NCBI GenBank assembly: GCA_002189035.1
Contig: NEEC01000007.1
Coordinates: forward strand, 1,550,001-1,614,000
Length of the DNA: 64,000 bases
Reading direction: 5' to 3'
From: Utricularia gibba
Taxonomy: Eukaryota; Plantae; Magnoliophyta
The translations under genes and the position numbers were made by a program. Under the pieces are notes generated by a model. The model worked only from the letters and a program-made list of their open reading frames with translations. It was not told the origin of the DNA and did not search any database. This document shows positions 12,328 through 30,931 of this stretch, piece by piece (the stretch's first letter is position 1; each line of letters starts with the position of its first letter).

Positions 12328-13860
12328 TTAGAGTCCTCTTTCCCTCATCATCTCCTCCACTTGCTCCGCCTCCGTATGCCAGCCAACACTCCTGTAAATC
12401 TTGATCAACAAATCATAATTATGCACGCCTTCGGGCTCTAAAACCGATAGATGATCGGCGGCAATCTTCCCAAAGTGAGGATTCCCGTGAAGGTAGCATC
12501 CGTAGAGCAAGGCCCCCCAAACACTAGCCCCGGCATCCTTACCCTCCATCTTCTTCATGATGAAATTATACGCTTCCTCGATGTATCCTGCTCTGGCGTA
12601 CAGGTTCACCATGCACCCATGATGCTCGATAGATGGGTCGATCCGGTACTTGTTTGACATCAGGGCGAATAATCTCTCCCCATCCTTTACCATCCCTGAA
12701 TGAGCACAAGCTGATAAAACCAAGACGAAGGTGACATCATCCGGGGTTGCATTGGACTCGATCATGTGATTGAAGTAGTCTAGTGCTTCAGGGTCCTTAG
12801 AATGGGCTGATATGATCGAATTCCATGAAACAACGTCTCGGTGTGACATGGTGTTGAACAAGGCTCTTACTTTCCTTAACTGGCTGAAGTTGGAGTAGAA
12901 AACCATCAAGGAATTGGCAACGGGGAGATGGAGATGCATACCATGGCGAAGCACCCACCCATGGATCTCTGTCCCTATTTTGTAAGCATTTATGTTGGCG
13001 ACAAGGGAAGATAGAGTCACTGAATCTGGAGCAACACCTTCTGAAACCATCCGTTGAAGAGTACACAATGCTTCTGAAACTAAGCCATGGTTGATGAATC
13101 CGAGAATCATGGAGTTCCACGAAACTACGTCCTTATTCTTCAGTGTGTTGAAGACTTTCCAGGACTTGGCAATGTCACCACATTTCGCATACATATCCAC
13201 AACTGCATTGAGAACAAAAGAGTTAGTTCCAAATCCATGCCGAATCAAGTTTCGATGGACCTCCTCCCCAACATGGATCATCCCGATGCGTCCGCAAGCT
13301 TTCAACACCCTCGGGAATGTGTATTCATCGGGCTCCACTCCTTCTTCCACCATCTGAAAGTAGAGCGCCAACGCGTCCTCGTATAATCTTGCCTCAGCAT
13401 AACCCGCAATAAGCGAGTTCCATGGAAACGCCGAAGTGTTTCTCCCAGGCATTACGTCGAACATCTCGTGCGCCTTTTCCAAATCCCCTTTACAGACGTA
13501 CAACCTCATGAGCTTCGATGAGATACCCACGTTCTTGCGAATGAGCTTATCGGGGATGAGACGATGAAGCCTGAGACCATGATCGATAGCGTTCACCTGG
13601 AAACAGGTCTCCAACAGAGAAGCGAAGATTTGCGGATCGTCTATTGATACGCCTCTGCTGACGAAGGATTCCAACTTGTTCATGACGATTTCAAGAGCCT
13701 CGAGCTTCGTGCGGGTCTCTAGCTTCGGATCGGGTAGCAAAGGATTGGGGCGTGATTTGGGGAAGGGGGAATTTGTTGTGCTTCTCTTCCGGTAAATGTG
13801 CTGCTCATCATGCTTCTTCCTCACGGCGTAGAACGATGAAGGGGCGCAGCATGACTCCAT
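12328..13860 (-). CDS. OTP70: PLS-class (E-subgroup) PPR protein, OTP70/At4g25270-like, intronless
   Basis: 510-aa ORF with repeated PPR motifs (PWNSLIAGYAE, VSWNSMILGF, IEHHGCMVNLYARAG, VWGALLYGC); no DYW domain. N-terminal region resembles At4g25270, and the gene sits beside a UMP-CMP kinase as in Arabidopsis. Confidence 0.9.
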   Translation of the reverse strand: MESCCAPSSFYAVRKKHDEQHIYRKRSTTNSPFPKSRPNPLLPDPKLETRTKLEALEIVMNKLESFVSRGVSIDDPQIFASLLETCFQVNAIDHGLRLHRLIPDKLIRKNVGISSKLMRLYVCKGDLEKAHEMFDVMPGRNTSAFPWNSLIAGYAEARLYEDALALYFQMVEEGVEPDEYTFPRVLKACGRIGMIHVGEEVHRNLIRHGFGTNSFVLNAVVDMYAKCGDIAKSWKVFNTLKNKDVVSWNSMILGFINHGLVSEALCTLQRMVSEGVAPDSVTLSSLVANINAYKIGTEIHGWVLRHGMHLHLPVANSLMVFYSNFSQLRKVRALFNTMSHRDVVSWNSIISAHSKDPEALDYFNHMIESNATPDDVTFVLVLSACAHSGMVKDGERLFALMSNKYRIDPSIEHHGCMVNLYARAGYIEEAYNFIMKKMEGKDAGASVWGALLYGCYLHGNPHFGKIAADHLSVLEPEGVHNYDLLIKIYRSVGWHTEAEQVEEMMRERGL

Positions 13861-14155
13861 GCTGTTGTCTTCTTCGCAAAAATGACCAATTTGCTAATTC
13901 TATGAGGGCACTTTGAAATTGCGCTTGTTTTCGCCGGCGGCGAGGGAGTTACCGGCGCCGGCTGCCGCAGACCTGTAAGGAGTACGCACACACAAGGTGT
14001 ACTTAAATGGATTTGTAGTATGGACATTCGCTCTGTTGACTGCTTTCATCCATCCATGAAAATAAACCATGGCGGGGGAATGTATGCTGAGGTGCTATGC
14101 ACAATTATGACAGATTCTATCATTTAGCGAGGGAATGCATGAAAGGCCATCACGC

Positions 14156-15697
14156 CTACACACCTACCCCTAATGTAGCGAACACAGAGCGCACCCTTGC
14201 GAAAATTTCATCTTCTGATCCAGTACCATCAATCTGCAATCGTTTTAATATTTGTTAGAGCTTGCAAGTCAATGTCAAGAAACTACAAATGAGCATAAAA
14301 CACACGGGAATGGCAGGACAAGAAAAAAAAAAAAGTCCATCTCTGCGAGGAAGCATATAGTTGGAAGTTGAATAAGAAAAAGAAGACGATCACCAGGTAA
14401 GACAATTCAATACCTTCTGAACTTTCCCTATGCTAGAATAGTAATTAATGACAGGAAGATTTAGTTCTGCAAATACTCTGAGTCTTTTCTTGACGGTTTC
14501 TATATTGTCATCAACCCTCCCCTACATAAGAAAACACAGTCTCCTGAAATGAGTATGTTGGTATAACCTAGAGAAGGTTGAGGATCAAGATTAAGGACTG
14601 ACCTGATTACGGCAAAGGACTCGTTTGACCATTTCTTCTTCAGAGCAGTCGAAGAAAAGCACAACATCAGGTTCAGTGCCAATCTGTGTTGTTAATTTTT
14701 CCAAAATATGATGTATTTTTTTACAACTGCAACCAAAAGAAATGACATGACAGGGAGGCAAAACTTACTACTTTTTCATATGCAACACGGTTCTCTTCAG
14801 TTCTTGGGAAGCCATCAATAAGAAATCTGTCATTTTTACTGGCTTCCATGGCCCTCTGGATTAGTCTAACAGTCACTTCGGAAGCCACAATCTTTCCTTC
14901 CTTGATTGTATTGAGAATCATGGACCTGCAACATGATCCCTTTAGAATCTACAATTGAACACTTTCTAACAAAGAAAATTCAAATTGTTACCCATTCTCG
15001 CTATCAGAAGAAATTTCTTTTCTTAATAGATCCCCTGCACTTAGGTGAGTAAAGTTGAAGGCCTCAACAATCCTCGCACACTGAGTACCCTTTCCGCTCC
15101 CAGGACCCCCTGAATGCATACGTATCACACATGGATTTGAGGAAAACAACAGCTCAGAATCAAGTCACACAGTCGAAACTTCATTAGGAATCTTAACCAA
15201 GAAAACATTACCCAAAACAAAAGCTACAAAAGGGCGTTGCGTCCTATCAACGATTTCACCGTCCACCTGTATGTCAGATAATGAGTCAAAACAGAATATA
15301 AAATCAACATCATCCATTCAAGAAATATGAAATGTTAGCTTTTCACTTTAAAAAAGAAGCATCCAGTAAATAAGACCTTCCAAAGGAATAGACTAATGAT
15401 CTTCAAAATCACCCAGCCTCGATATCATCGGGATTCAAATCAATAAAAATATACATAATCAGGAATTGGAAACAATACCGGATTCAGAACTTGAGTACTC
15501 AACACACGATGAGCATTGAGTCCGCACGACACCTGAATGCATCAGCAACCACGTTCAGGCCGACAACAAAATCTCACCACCTACACAACAAAATGCGCGA
15601 AATAACAATGAGCGGACGGCGGTAAAGCTACCTGATCTAGAAGCCGCCGCTTGTGAGAAGCAAAAACCGGCGACAGCGATGCGAATCGCCTCCACAT
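14156..15697 (-). CDS. UMK: UMP-CMP kinase (adenylate kinase family), At4g25280-like, with organellar transit peptide
   Basis: [10 protein letters not shown] start; P-loop [32 protein letters not shown] exons. The position of the last stop codon is less certain. Confidence 0.88.
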
Positions 15698-16499
15698 ATC
15701 AAATCCAGAGCGCGGTAGAAGACTTCAACTCCGGATCACGAGTAGTCAACCTGAAGAGACTTTTCGTCGGACAGTTTCCGATGTGCAAGTAAATGAACGG
15801 CAACGGCTCTATAAATTAGCCTTCTAAAAAAAGCGTTGCGTCATTCTTAAGTAGATCTGCTTCATACCAGAATGAAGTGCCCTGACACTAAGCGTATTTA
15901 TATTACGGATTTCATTTTATATTACGTCTGTTTAGAATAACTTTATATTCCTCTAAAAACAATCCAAAATTAAAATTTTATGCTTTTGTACCAAAAATAA
16001 TATAAAGTTAAAAACACTTCTTACCAAATAAAGTCTAAAATACAGAGACTAAAATTCTAAAACCACCATACATTTACAGCCGTTAAAATATCTGTATATA
16101 AGCTTTACTTACAGAACACTCGAAGAAAAATGCAATAAATTAATTGGAGCCACTGAGCCGTTTCCTGCATCCGGATCAGGCAAGAAATGCGAGGTTTCGT
16201 GCCATCACAAATAAATGACTCGAGCACCTAGAAGGTTTGTGCACGAAGAATGTATGTGTTGTGCAGGATTTGTGTGCTTCTAAACTATCAGCTTACATCC
16301 ACAGCCTGCGGAATCATGCTTCTGGTCGTTTCTGCGCTCATCTCTGCGTTTCGATATGATGAATGACAAAGGTGATTCTGCACAGATGGGAATGAGAAGG
16401 GGATTATCATGAGAGAAAGTTTGTTCAAGGACATTACTAACTTGCTGACTGTAAGGATATGTCATATTGTCAGCTGTGTTTTTAAGGAATGCTCAGTCT

Positions 16500-22430
<5,931 letters not shown>

Positions 22431-22665
22431 GGTGAATTTCCTCCGCTCTGCACCGCGGTGGTGGGTTGCAGTGCTTCATCTAAAGAAACTGGATCAGGTT
22501 GGGGACCTTTTTCAAGCACAAAAATCGGATTTAGGTATTTGATCATTCCTCGGAAGAGATTTTCGCGGGAAAGTGGAGGCCGTTAGAAGACGACACGTAT
22601 GCCAGTCCCCAAGTATTTTCAGTGGGCGGTTGTTCCATTACCCGTCTTCCTAAATCATTTAATAT

Positions 22666-22687
22666 TATATATATATATATATATATA
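22666..22687. repeat. (TA)11 microsatellite upstream of IRE
   Basis: Direct reading of the sequence. Confidence 0.9.
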
Positions 22688-23239
22688 CTAATTAATGAAA
22701 AATTTATCCTAAATTTTTTTAAAAAAATCAATGAATTTTAGATGAAATGTGAAAGAAATGAGTAATCTCAATACGAAGAATTGTCACTAAATAAGTTCCA
22801 TATTTCCATTTTCAATGACAATTGAATTTTAGATGAGAAAAGAAAATATATGTCAAATATAAATTATAATTAAAATAATCTATAATACTTAAACGTGTTG
22901 ATTTAAAAAGTTATCTTAAAATGAGTTGAATTATTAATTTACAAATATTAATGTCTTAACAGGAGTATTGAATGCAAGGCGCCTTCGCCTGCAAGAGTCT
23001 CCAGACGAATGGGATGGTTTTTTTCTTAAGTATTTGTAGCATATTTCACTCCCATCGTCTTCCTGTTCTTTGCAAGAACAGTTGCAAATTGAGTATTGAA
23101 GTACTTGCAGAATGAAAAACCGATAATGGGATCGTGTTCTTCCTCAGAGATCAAAATAATCAAACTTCAACGACAGTAGATAAAAAAAATGAAACCAGAA
23201 GACAAGGTCTCTGAAACTCTAAACATCTCAGGACAAGGT

Positions 23240-24037
23240 CTAGGAATCAGCGATGGTGACTTCAACCTCCACACCAGGTTCTATTGTGATTGAGGTGATC
23301 TGTTTCACAACATCCGGGGAGCTGAAGAGGTCGATGATGCGCTTGTGAACTCGGAGTTCGAACCTGTCCCAGGTATTGGTGCCTGTGGAACAAGTACACA
23401 AGTCCAGAGATGAATGAAGCCAACCAACTAGAAATGAAGAAATCAAGTAGTATATGAATTGAGATGCAAAGTAGAGGCTTGGACTCTCTACTAGCATCGA
23501 TGAGAAGCAATTACCTTCACCACAGGGAGATTTTCTTGTGGTGATGTTAAGAACCTTGGTCGGCATTCTCACCGGACCCTTGACTGCAAGCTTTTTATCT
23601 TTGGCACCTCGGACCAAGTCGGCACAAACTGAGTGAGACCATAAAATCACTAATCAGTGGTTCGCCCCAGAAACAAAACAAGTCCTTTAAGCCAAATACA
23701 GGAAAAGAGTTGATCCTGAGAGCATCATATTTCGTGCACATTAACCAAAACAACGGATCAACGACAAGCTCACGCTACCCGAAGAAATTCGTATATAAAA
23801 AGGGGCTAGACATCATCCTTATCCATCATGGAAAAAAGCAGCAATACATTACATGCAATGGACACTAGAATCACTATGAAACAACAATCTCGGAACTTTT
23901 CAATCAACCAAGGAAATCGTACCCTTCTCCAGATTCTTCACATTCTTCGACGACAGCGTGATCCGTATCTTGTGAATCTGTTCCAGAGGCTCCTCGAGCC
24001 CAGTCTTTCCCGGCTTGACGGCAGCGTATGTTGCCAT
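23240..24037 (-). CDS. RPS20: 40S ribosomal protein S20 (uS10), 3 coding exons plus a non-coding first exon
   Basis: [17 protein letters not shown] / [18 protein letters not shown] / [24 protein letters not shown]. Confidence 0.97.
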
Positions 24038-24239
24038 ATTTCGATCAAATTCGCTAACGCAACATGTTAAAGAGGCAACTATTAGCGTTTTGAACTTAAA
24101 TTTCGAGATGCAGAAGAATCATTTAAAAAAACATTTGCCGCATATTGTTAGGTAGTGCTCACCGGCGGCGTCAGGCGTAGAGCGGCCGTGCAGTCGACAG
24201 GAAACCTTGCACTCTTAACAATCTGTTGATGCTCTGTAT

Positions 24240-24295
24240 CTTAAACCTAGGGTTTGTCGATGGGCCATATTAGAATCGGGTTACTCCCGGCCCAT
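24240..24295 (-). promoter_or_regulatory. RPS20 promoter: telo-box plus site II elements
   Basis: TAGGGTTT (telo-box AAACCCTA on the minus strand), TGGGCC and GGCCCA site II motifs; the standard plant ribosomal-protein promoter arrangement. Confidence 0.75.
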
Positions 24296-24340
24296 CAAAC
24301 AATATGTTAAAAATGTTTATTCAATTCTTATACCACTATA

Positions 24341-24544
24341 GTCTGTGTTTGATAGCAATATCGATATAAATTATTACGATATGAATTTCTTCTGATTGAA
24401 CATATAAAAATAAGGAGGAATGGAAACAATTTTATGTTTTGTAAAGAATAAAAAGATATACTGAAAAAATTTAATTTCGATTATCAAATATATTATTATT
24501 ACAGATATTGGAATTACTATGCTATCCTTATTATCAAATACGAC
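24341..24544. mobile_element. Degenerate Tourist/PIF-Harbinger-like MITE
   Basis: AT-rich ~200 bp bounded by imperfect inverted termini GTCTGTGTTTGATA / TATCAAATACGAC; no clean TSD. Confidence 0.4.
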
Positions 24545-24911
24545 CATTTGATTAACCAAAACTAATATTTTAAATGAAAAATATCATAAATCACTTATAC
24601 GAGCACTTTATGATTCAAAACGATCTAATCATAATTTTATCGACTTTAACCCAACTCCTATATTATAAACCAACCGTGATTGAGTTGCATTTTGGGCAAA
24701 ACACAGCATGCATATGAAGTCAAAAATTGCTGAAACAAAATTTTCACAGGTTGAATAAGAAGAATATGTTACAACAGGCAGGCAGAGCATGTGATGTCAA
24801 AAACTGCTTTGCTGACATGGGAATATCTCATAAGGGACTCATCAAGGGCACACCAAACGGCATAGATTAGATCTACTAGGAAGCTACGGACAGAGACAAG
24901 AAGAAGGCAGT

Positions 24912-26449
24912 TCACATGCGGCCATTCGTATCATCCTTCTCCACCTCTTCAGCATCCTCAAACCGCCGATCGTTGATCTGGAGCTGTAACAAATGAGTCG
25001 TGTTCTTGTTACTATAAAAGAGAAGCCATCATAATGTGTCGAGGAGAAACAATGTCACAGTTGGAAGGCTTAATTTCAGAGAAAGAACACTCGAAATGAC
25101 TATGCACAAAGAAGGCTGACAAAAGAAGTACAAGGAAGAAAAATGAGACTGCAGGTTTATGATAGGATTATGATAAAATGCATATCTGGGGATGATGAAG
25201 ATACAGCAATACGTTCAATCAAAGCAACTGTATATATGCGGACCTGTAGCACCGAATGTGCTAAGTCATTATTCTCATTGGCGCCAATAGAATTGGATGC
25301 ATTTGAGTTGGCCCATTCAGAATCCTCATCATCTAAGTAAACAAAAGGAAAGCAAAATAGTGAACAGGGGGTGTAACAGAAAAGGGAAATGAACAAGGAG
25401 AACTACAGCTAAAGGCAATGTTCAGTACCGCCGTCATCATCTTCAAATTGACCAGCACTGAAAACCCAGTCATGCCCATTTTCATTCTCTGTTCACGGAG
25501 TGAACATTTAACTTAGTTCATGTATATCAAAAGAGACTGCAACTACGAGAAAATTTCCACAGGAGTACTGGTACCTTCAGTGAGGTCAGGATTAAGTTCC
25601 GCACATTCACAAAATATAGAGAACAATGTATCCACTGTATGAGAGCGAGAGGAGTTTCACCACATAGTTTCAGCATTACAAGGAGCCCCATAAAACAGGA
25701 AAACAAAAGTTCAGATTGCTTAATTGAAAGATAGTTGCATACACTGGTTAGGATCCGAAGGCACAAGCCTCATCTCTCTTATCTTAGATAAATCCAATGC
25801 ATCATCATCCTCAGAATCTGAATCCTCCATCTCATAATCCTCAGTCCCATTATCGATCTTGACATGAAAAAAAAAATAGACAGTAAAACCAAAATTGAAC
25901 GTCTTATTAAAAGAATCATACGAAACGGCCATATACTAAAAAGTTTTCTCTTCGTACTTCTCTACGTAACAAGTCAAAGCACCATGTCCATAAAGAATAT
26001 GATAAACAGCTCAAATGGCAATCCAAATAGCCAGAATCCACTGAAATGTAATTTACCTGAGTATATATACAGGGAGAAGGGTACGACTCAGGATCTCTGG
26101 ACACCGCATGTAATGACACAGAAGTAAAATCAACCGCATAGCCTTTACTCCTGTCCGTATCACTCAGCCAAACAAGCTGCCTAAACCGTATAGAACAATT
26201 CAAATAAAAATTCAAATAAACTTCCATACCAAAAACACTCGCGTAAAAAATCACACCAAATAGTAGAAACACTGATCAACCTGGTGGAAATGTAAAGTGT
26301 GCCGCATGGTTCCGGTGGTCTGTGCCCGAGGACGATCGCAACAGCCGGTTGCTGATGCATTAGCTCCTCTCCATTATCTACGTCTAATATTGGCCCCCAG
26401 CTCCGTCGCCTATTCTCTCCGCAACGGCGTGAATTCCGGCAGCCACCAT
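24912..26449 (-). CDS. ICln: pICln / chloride conductance regulatory protein (methylosome subunit); apparent 1-nt frameshift at 26394-26398
   Basis: MVAAGIHAVAERIGDGAG [shift] PILDVDNGEELMH, GTLYISTR, KGYAVDFTSVSLHAVSRD, DLSKIREMRLVPSD, LQINDRRFEDAEE. Lies next to RPS20 and IRE as in At5g62290-62310. Confidence 0.88.
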
Positions 26450-26702
26450 GTCTCCAAGAAAAGACTACTCTAATAGGCTCCGAGAGCACAATATTTTCCG
26501 ACGGCAGCGTAGATGGATATTTCTATCGCATTCGCTACTGCAGCATGGTAAAAGCGCAACAAATCAGCATTTTGAACAGGTACTCACGCTTGCGAAGCCA
26601 TTCTTACCGGCAGCGTGAGGCGGAGACCGGCGATGCAGTAGTAACAAATCCTGGCGAGGATGACTTCACTACCGTCTACTGATCTGATGCCCCGGATCTT
26701 TA

Positions 26703-26757
26703 ACCTAGGGTTTGTCAATAGCCCAATTTTACAATTTCAATTGGGGCAAGGCCCACT
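26703..26757 (-). promoter_or_regulatory. pICln promoter: telo-box plus site II-like elements, paralogous to the RPS20 promoter
   Basis: AACCTAGGGTTTGTC is identical to the RPS20 promoter; also AGCCCA and GGCCCA. Confidence 0.7.
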
Positions 26758-27299
26758 AACATGTAACTAAATATTTATAAAAACCCTTGAATAATAATTT
26801 AAAATTTAAAATATACCTTCTATTTTTAATAATTTTATTATCATAAAAACTCCATTTATATCTCAAAAAAAACCTAGAAATATACATTATATTTAAAAAG
26901 ATGGCGTCCTTCAAATTCTATATTTTTATTTATTTTTACTTCTTTATGATTAGTTTGAATTTTGTTCGATTGAGTGTTTTCTTAAATGGTATATAAAAAA
27001 TTCAGAGTTTCACATGGAAGGAATTCAAGCTTCTCGGCGCATTCGTTGACCGAGTCAGCGATGCGAGAATCATGAAGCAGGTACGGAGGCATTACTAGTT
27101 GCTGTTCTCTCTGACTTCGATGGAATGCGTTCAGCCCTACAATTGACATTCAAAGTTCACATGCAAATGATGCATTAGGTACGCCCAAATCCTCCAAGAC
27201 AAATGGTTCAGTTAGCAGAGCACAATATGCGTTAGTGGCAGCATATCCCTTCTATATATACTGTGAGTAAGGGAAAGCAGGAACCAGGAAATAGCAGCA

Positions 27300-28201
27300 A
27301 TGCAAGTTTCTAAGAGTGGAAGAAAGAGAGAGAGACAGAGCATCACCGTTCCCTTCGTCTGGGAAGAGAAGCCTGGGATCCCCAAGAGGGATTGGAAGCC
27401 TACCACAGGCCAACAAAGTAAGCATGCTTTGCTTCCTGTGAAGCTCGTCGTGTCAGTTCCCTTCAGGTGGGAAGAAAAGCCGGGGACGCCTCTCAGGTCA
27501 TTTGTGGAACCTGCAGCGGAGGAGTTGGGGTTGGAATATAATGAGAAGGAGGGCTCCATTGTTTCATTACCTGGTACGTGCTTCAAGGAGGGAGGCTTGT
27601 GTGGCTGCGGTGACCAGGGGGAGGATGAGGGAGATGATATGCGCAGCGTTCAGACGGATGACTCCTACGACTCTGCGCAGTGTCTACTAGCATCAACTAT
27701 GCCAACTGCTGGTCGTGTTAAGCTGCATCATACTCCGATTGCACCAGCAGATGATGAATTTGGGCAGCAGCAGACTTTTTTTTCGGGGACTTGTGGTCCA
27801 GATGGTGTTGCTAGCAGGTACGAAACAGAAACCACAAACCTGACTGGGGCTTCTTTTCTGGAGTGGCTCTTCCCTCTATTGGTATCGAATTCCAGTTCGC
27901 TGGACAAGGTTGGATGCAGACAGAACGATGCTCCTCAAGGATATGGAAACTGCAATCAAGTTCAAAGACCATTATTAACGCTTGGGGAGCTGATAGTGAT
28001 GAGCCGAAGAAGAAGTTGCCAAAGAAGAGTAAAAAAACTGCCATCTGAGGTGATAAATTTCATCCACAAACTATCACTGAATGCATAGTTTCCAATGCAT
28101 AATACCTGCTTTTGTGATGACAGAATGTTATGAGGAGGAGGAGGACATTGCAGTTGGGCTGTGGTATCTTCCGAAGACACCTGCAACTGAAACTACTCTA
28201 G
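27300..28201 (+). CDS. DUF688 family (hydroxyproline-rich, At5g51680-like) protein, 2 exons
   Basis: Twin VPFVWEEKPGIPK / VPFRWEEKPGTP motifs, SFLEWLFPL, LTLGELIVMSRRRS. Likely intron 28050-28123 and last exon ending LQLKLL*. Confidence 0.8.
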
Positions 28202-28413
28202 ATGATATGTCTCCATAAAGTGTAGACAATCAGAATTGCCAGAACACCTGACACTTATATTGTCGTAGTTTCATTTTGTGCTAGTGTGAATGTAGTTTCA
28301 AAAATGTTGGAATATGAATCTGAACTCTATAAACAACCGCATGAGATCTGCACCATTGGTAACAAAAAAAACTTACAGAAAGTGAAGATCAACATCGCAC
28401 ATTTGAAACTTTA

Positions 28414-30359
28414 TCATGCAATGGCCTTACAGCTATCAAGAACACTACGAAGCCGTTGCAAAACTACAGGAATATCCCTGTCTTTCAACGTAGTAAAACA
28501 AAATCTAAACCATCCAGGCTCAATACAGTGACAAGCTGAACCAGGAGTTGCATATATCTTGGCTGTATACAAAAGTTTCTCCCACAAATCAAGCTCCCCT
28601 TCAGCACTGTATGGACTAATGAAAGAGCTCATGTCAACCCAGCAATAGAAGCCCGCGCTGCTTCTTACGCATTCCAATCCCAATCCTTTCAAACCTGCAA
28701 CAAACATATCATACATTGCTCCTATTTGCTGCTTGTTTGTCTTCAGGTATTCCAGAATGAATGTTTTATCTGACAGCATTGACGCTATTATTTGCTGAGT
28801 TTGACTTGGGACAGAAGAAAATCTAGCTAGTTTCCTTGATGCAGCCAACATGTTTTCATTGAAGGAATATATTACGCCAACCCTAAACCCGGGGACGGAT
28901 AAAAACTTGGAAAGTCCATACACGATGTGAACCCTCTCTTTGTCGGCATCCTCACATTCCACTACCTCTGCCATGCTGACAAATTCTTCATCACCATGCC
29001 CTGAACCAGCAAAGGTTTCATCTGATATGACATGAATGTTCCTCTCTCTTGCAAAATAAAGGATATCACATAGCATATCTCTGTTCAACAAATTCCCAAC
29101 TGGGTTGGAAGGATTTGAAATGAGAATGCCCCGGACTTTCTGACCTCTTTTCCTAGCCTGATTATACGCCTGTTCAAGAGCAGCTATGCTTAATGTGAAG
29201 TTATCGCAGCTGCGACAGTGAACAGGGATCAGCTCGACTCCTGTTCTCCATTTAATGTCCCTATCGAAACTGCAAATGCGTGTCATATCTCTCTCAGACA
29301 AAATTAATATGGAGAGAGCCAAAATGCATCAAAACACAAGGATAGAAAAATTACCCAGGAGAGTAAGGAGCCGGCACAAGAAAGGCGTTGCCTGGATCAG
29401 CCACACAAAAACTTAGTATCTCTAGTGCAGGAGTTGCCCCAGAGATGACTACCAATCGTGAGGGATCAAAAGACACTGTACTTCTTCCCATCACTTCAGT
29501 CATGAAATCCGCCATCACCTGAAACATTTAAAACTTTTACTGATTCATAAGCAAAAACTTGAGATATACGCAGCATTTAGTCTATTTTCAATTAATACCC
29601 CTCGCATACCATCCGAAAAAAAGAAAAACACTCACACACTAGAGCAGTTATAGCTTATAAAGTTGACAACAACTTGCGAATATATTTTCCAAAGATAAGC
29701 GGTAACCAGTAATCATTTGATTACCAATTTAAAATTCTCTAACCCATCCATGGGCTGATAGGTCGCCATCCGGTCGAGTCCCGATCCTGAAGCCACATCT
29801 CCTACTCCGGCTGTTAAGTTGGTTAGTTTTTTCGAAAGCCATTCTTCGATTAGGTCCAACGACAACTTCAGGTAGAATTCACGAAGCAAGGTGTCATAAC
29901 ATGAGCCTGGAACTCAAAGATAACAACAACATAAATACTCATTTCGATCATTACCCTGTTCTCCGACGATCCAAGCTGCACAATTCCACCAGGATTATCG
30001 ATTTCATCGTACGGATCGTCACGCGCCTGATCTAACCCAATGTAATACGGCGAATTATTCGGCTTCCAAATAGAACCTGCCCGAACGGAAAGCTTAGCGC
30101 GTCCAGACGAGCCACGGGACAGCAAATTCGCACGAGAAGGTGATTTCGAAAGCTCGGAGAGATTCGCAGACGACGACCTCGACGGCGCGTCCGAGCGGTG
30201 GCGCTTCAAGTAAAACTGAAGAAAATAAAACAAGGCACAGGGGATTAGCGAGCCGAGTATCAGGCCTCCCCCGCCTTGAACGACGTCTTGTAAGGGCACT
30301 ATAAGCCTCATGCCAGTCCTCCTCGGGCTGCGAGGTGACTCTTTCCGTTCCGGCGTCAT
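28414..30359 (-). CDS. ACS12: ACS10/ACS12-type PLP aminotransferase (ACC-synthase-like), 4 exons
   Basis: GMRLIVPLQDVVQGGGGL..PCALFYFLQFYLKR, FDRDIKWRTGVELIPVHCRS, SNPSNPVG, GLSK (PLP lysine), CHCIEPGWFRFCF. Confidence 0.92.
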
Positions 30360-30931
30360 GAAACACTCTCTCGAGATGGCCCGAAGATCGCTTCCCGGTG
30401 ACTGGGCCGCCGGCGATGATTTCGTGATTTCGAGGATTTTGAATTTTGAGGTGTATCTTAGCAGAAGCCCACGGGCGCGACAAAACAAGCAAATGGAGCT
30501 GCTCAGTCCGATGTGGTGTCAATGCCAATACAAAAATAGCGTGCTGCGCTATCTTTGGGCCTAATAAACAAGATAATTAATAAAGAATAATTAACAATAG
30601 AATTTAATATTATTTTAAATGATGGTAATACAAAATATAATGCATAATAGGAATAATTCCTTCTATCAAAAAAAAATATTATTTGAAATTTGTTAAACCA
30701 ATGAAAGTATGACACGTTGGCGCTCCTAAAGATAAACTGCGTAACTATTATTACCGTAATGCCCTTAGTATTCCACCATCCTCTCCTCAATTACTTTGGT
30801 ATCGGGGGCTTAGCGCCAACCTAAAACCTCTCTTGTGCTGTGGGCTGAGAGAAGATAAAAAGTTTTCCATTGCTCGGGAACTTGGAATTAGGGTTTGGAG
30901 TTCCCGTTCTTTTCCAGAGTGTTCTCCGGGA

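Noticed and set aside
23654-23728. Possible C/D snoRNA in an RPS20 intron (ATGATG...CTGA on the minus strand)
   Set aside because: Imperfect C box, no terminal stem, and no rRNA complement I could verify.
27005-27080. Orphan 75-nt exon-like segment with a small hairpin upstream of DUF688
   Set aside because: No recognisable protein or RNA family; too short to support a call.
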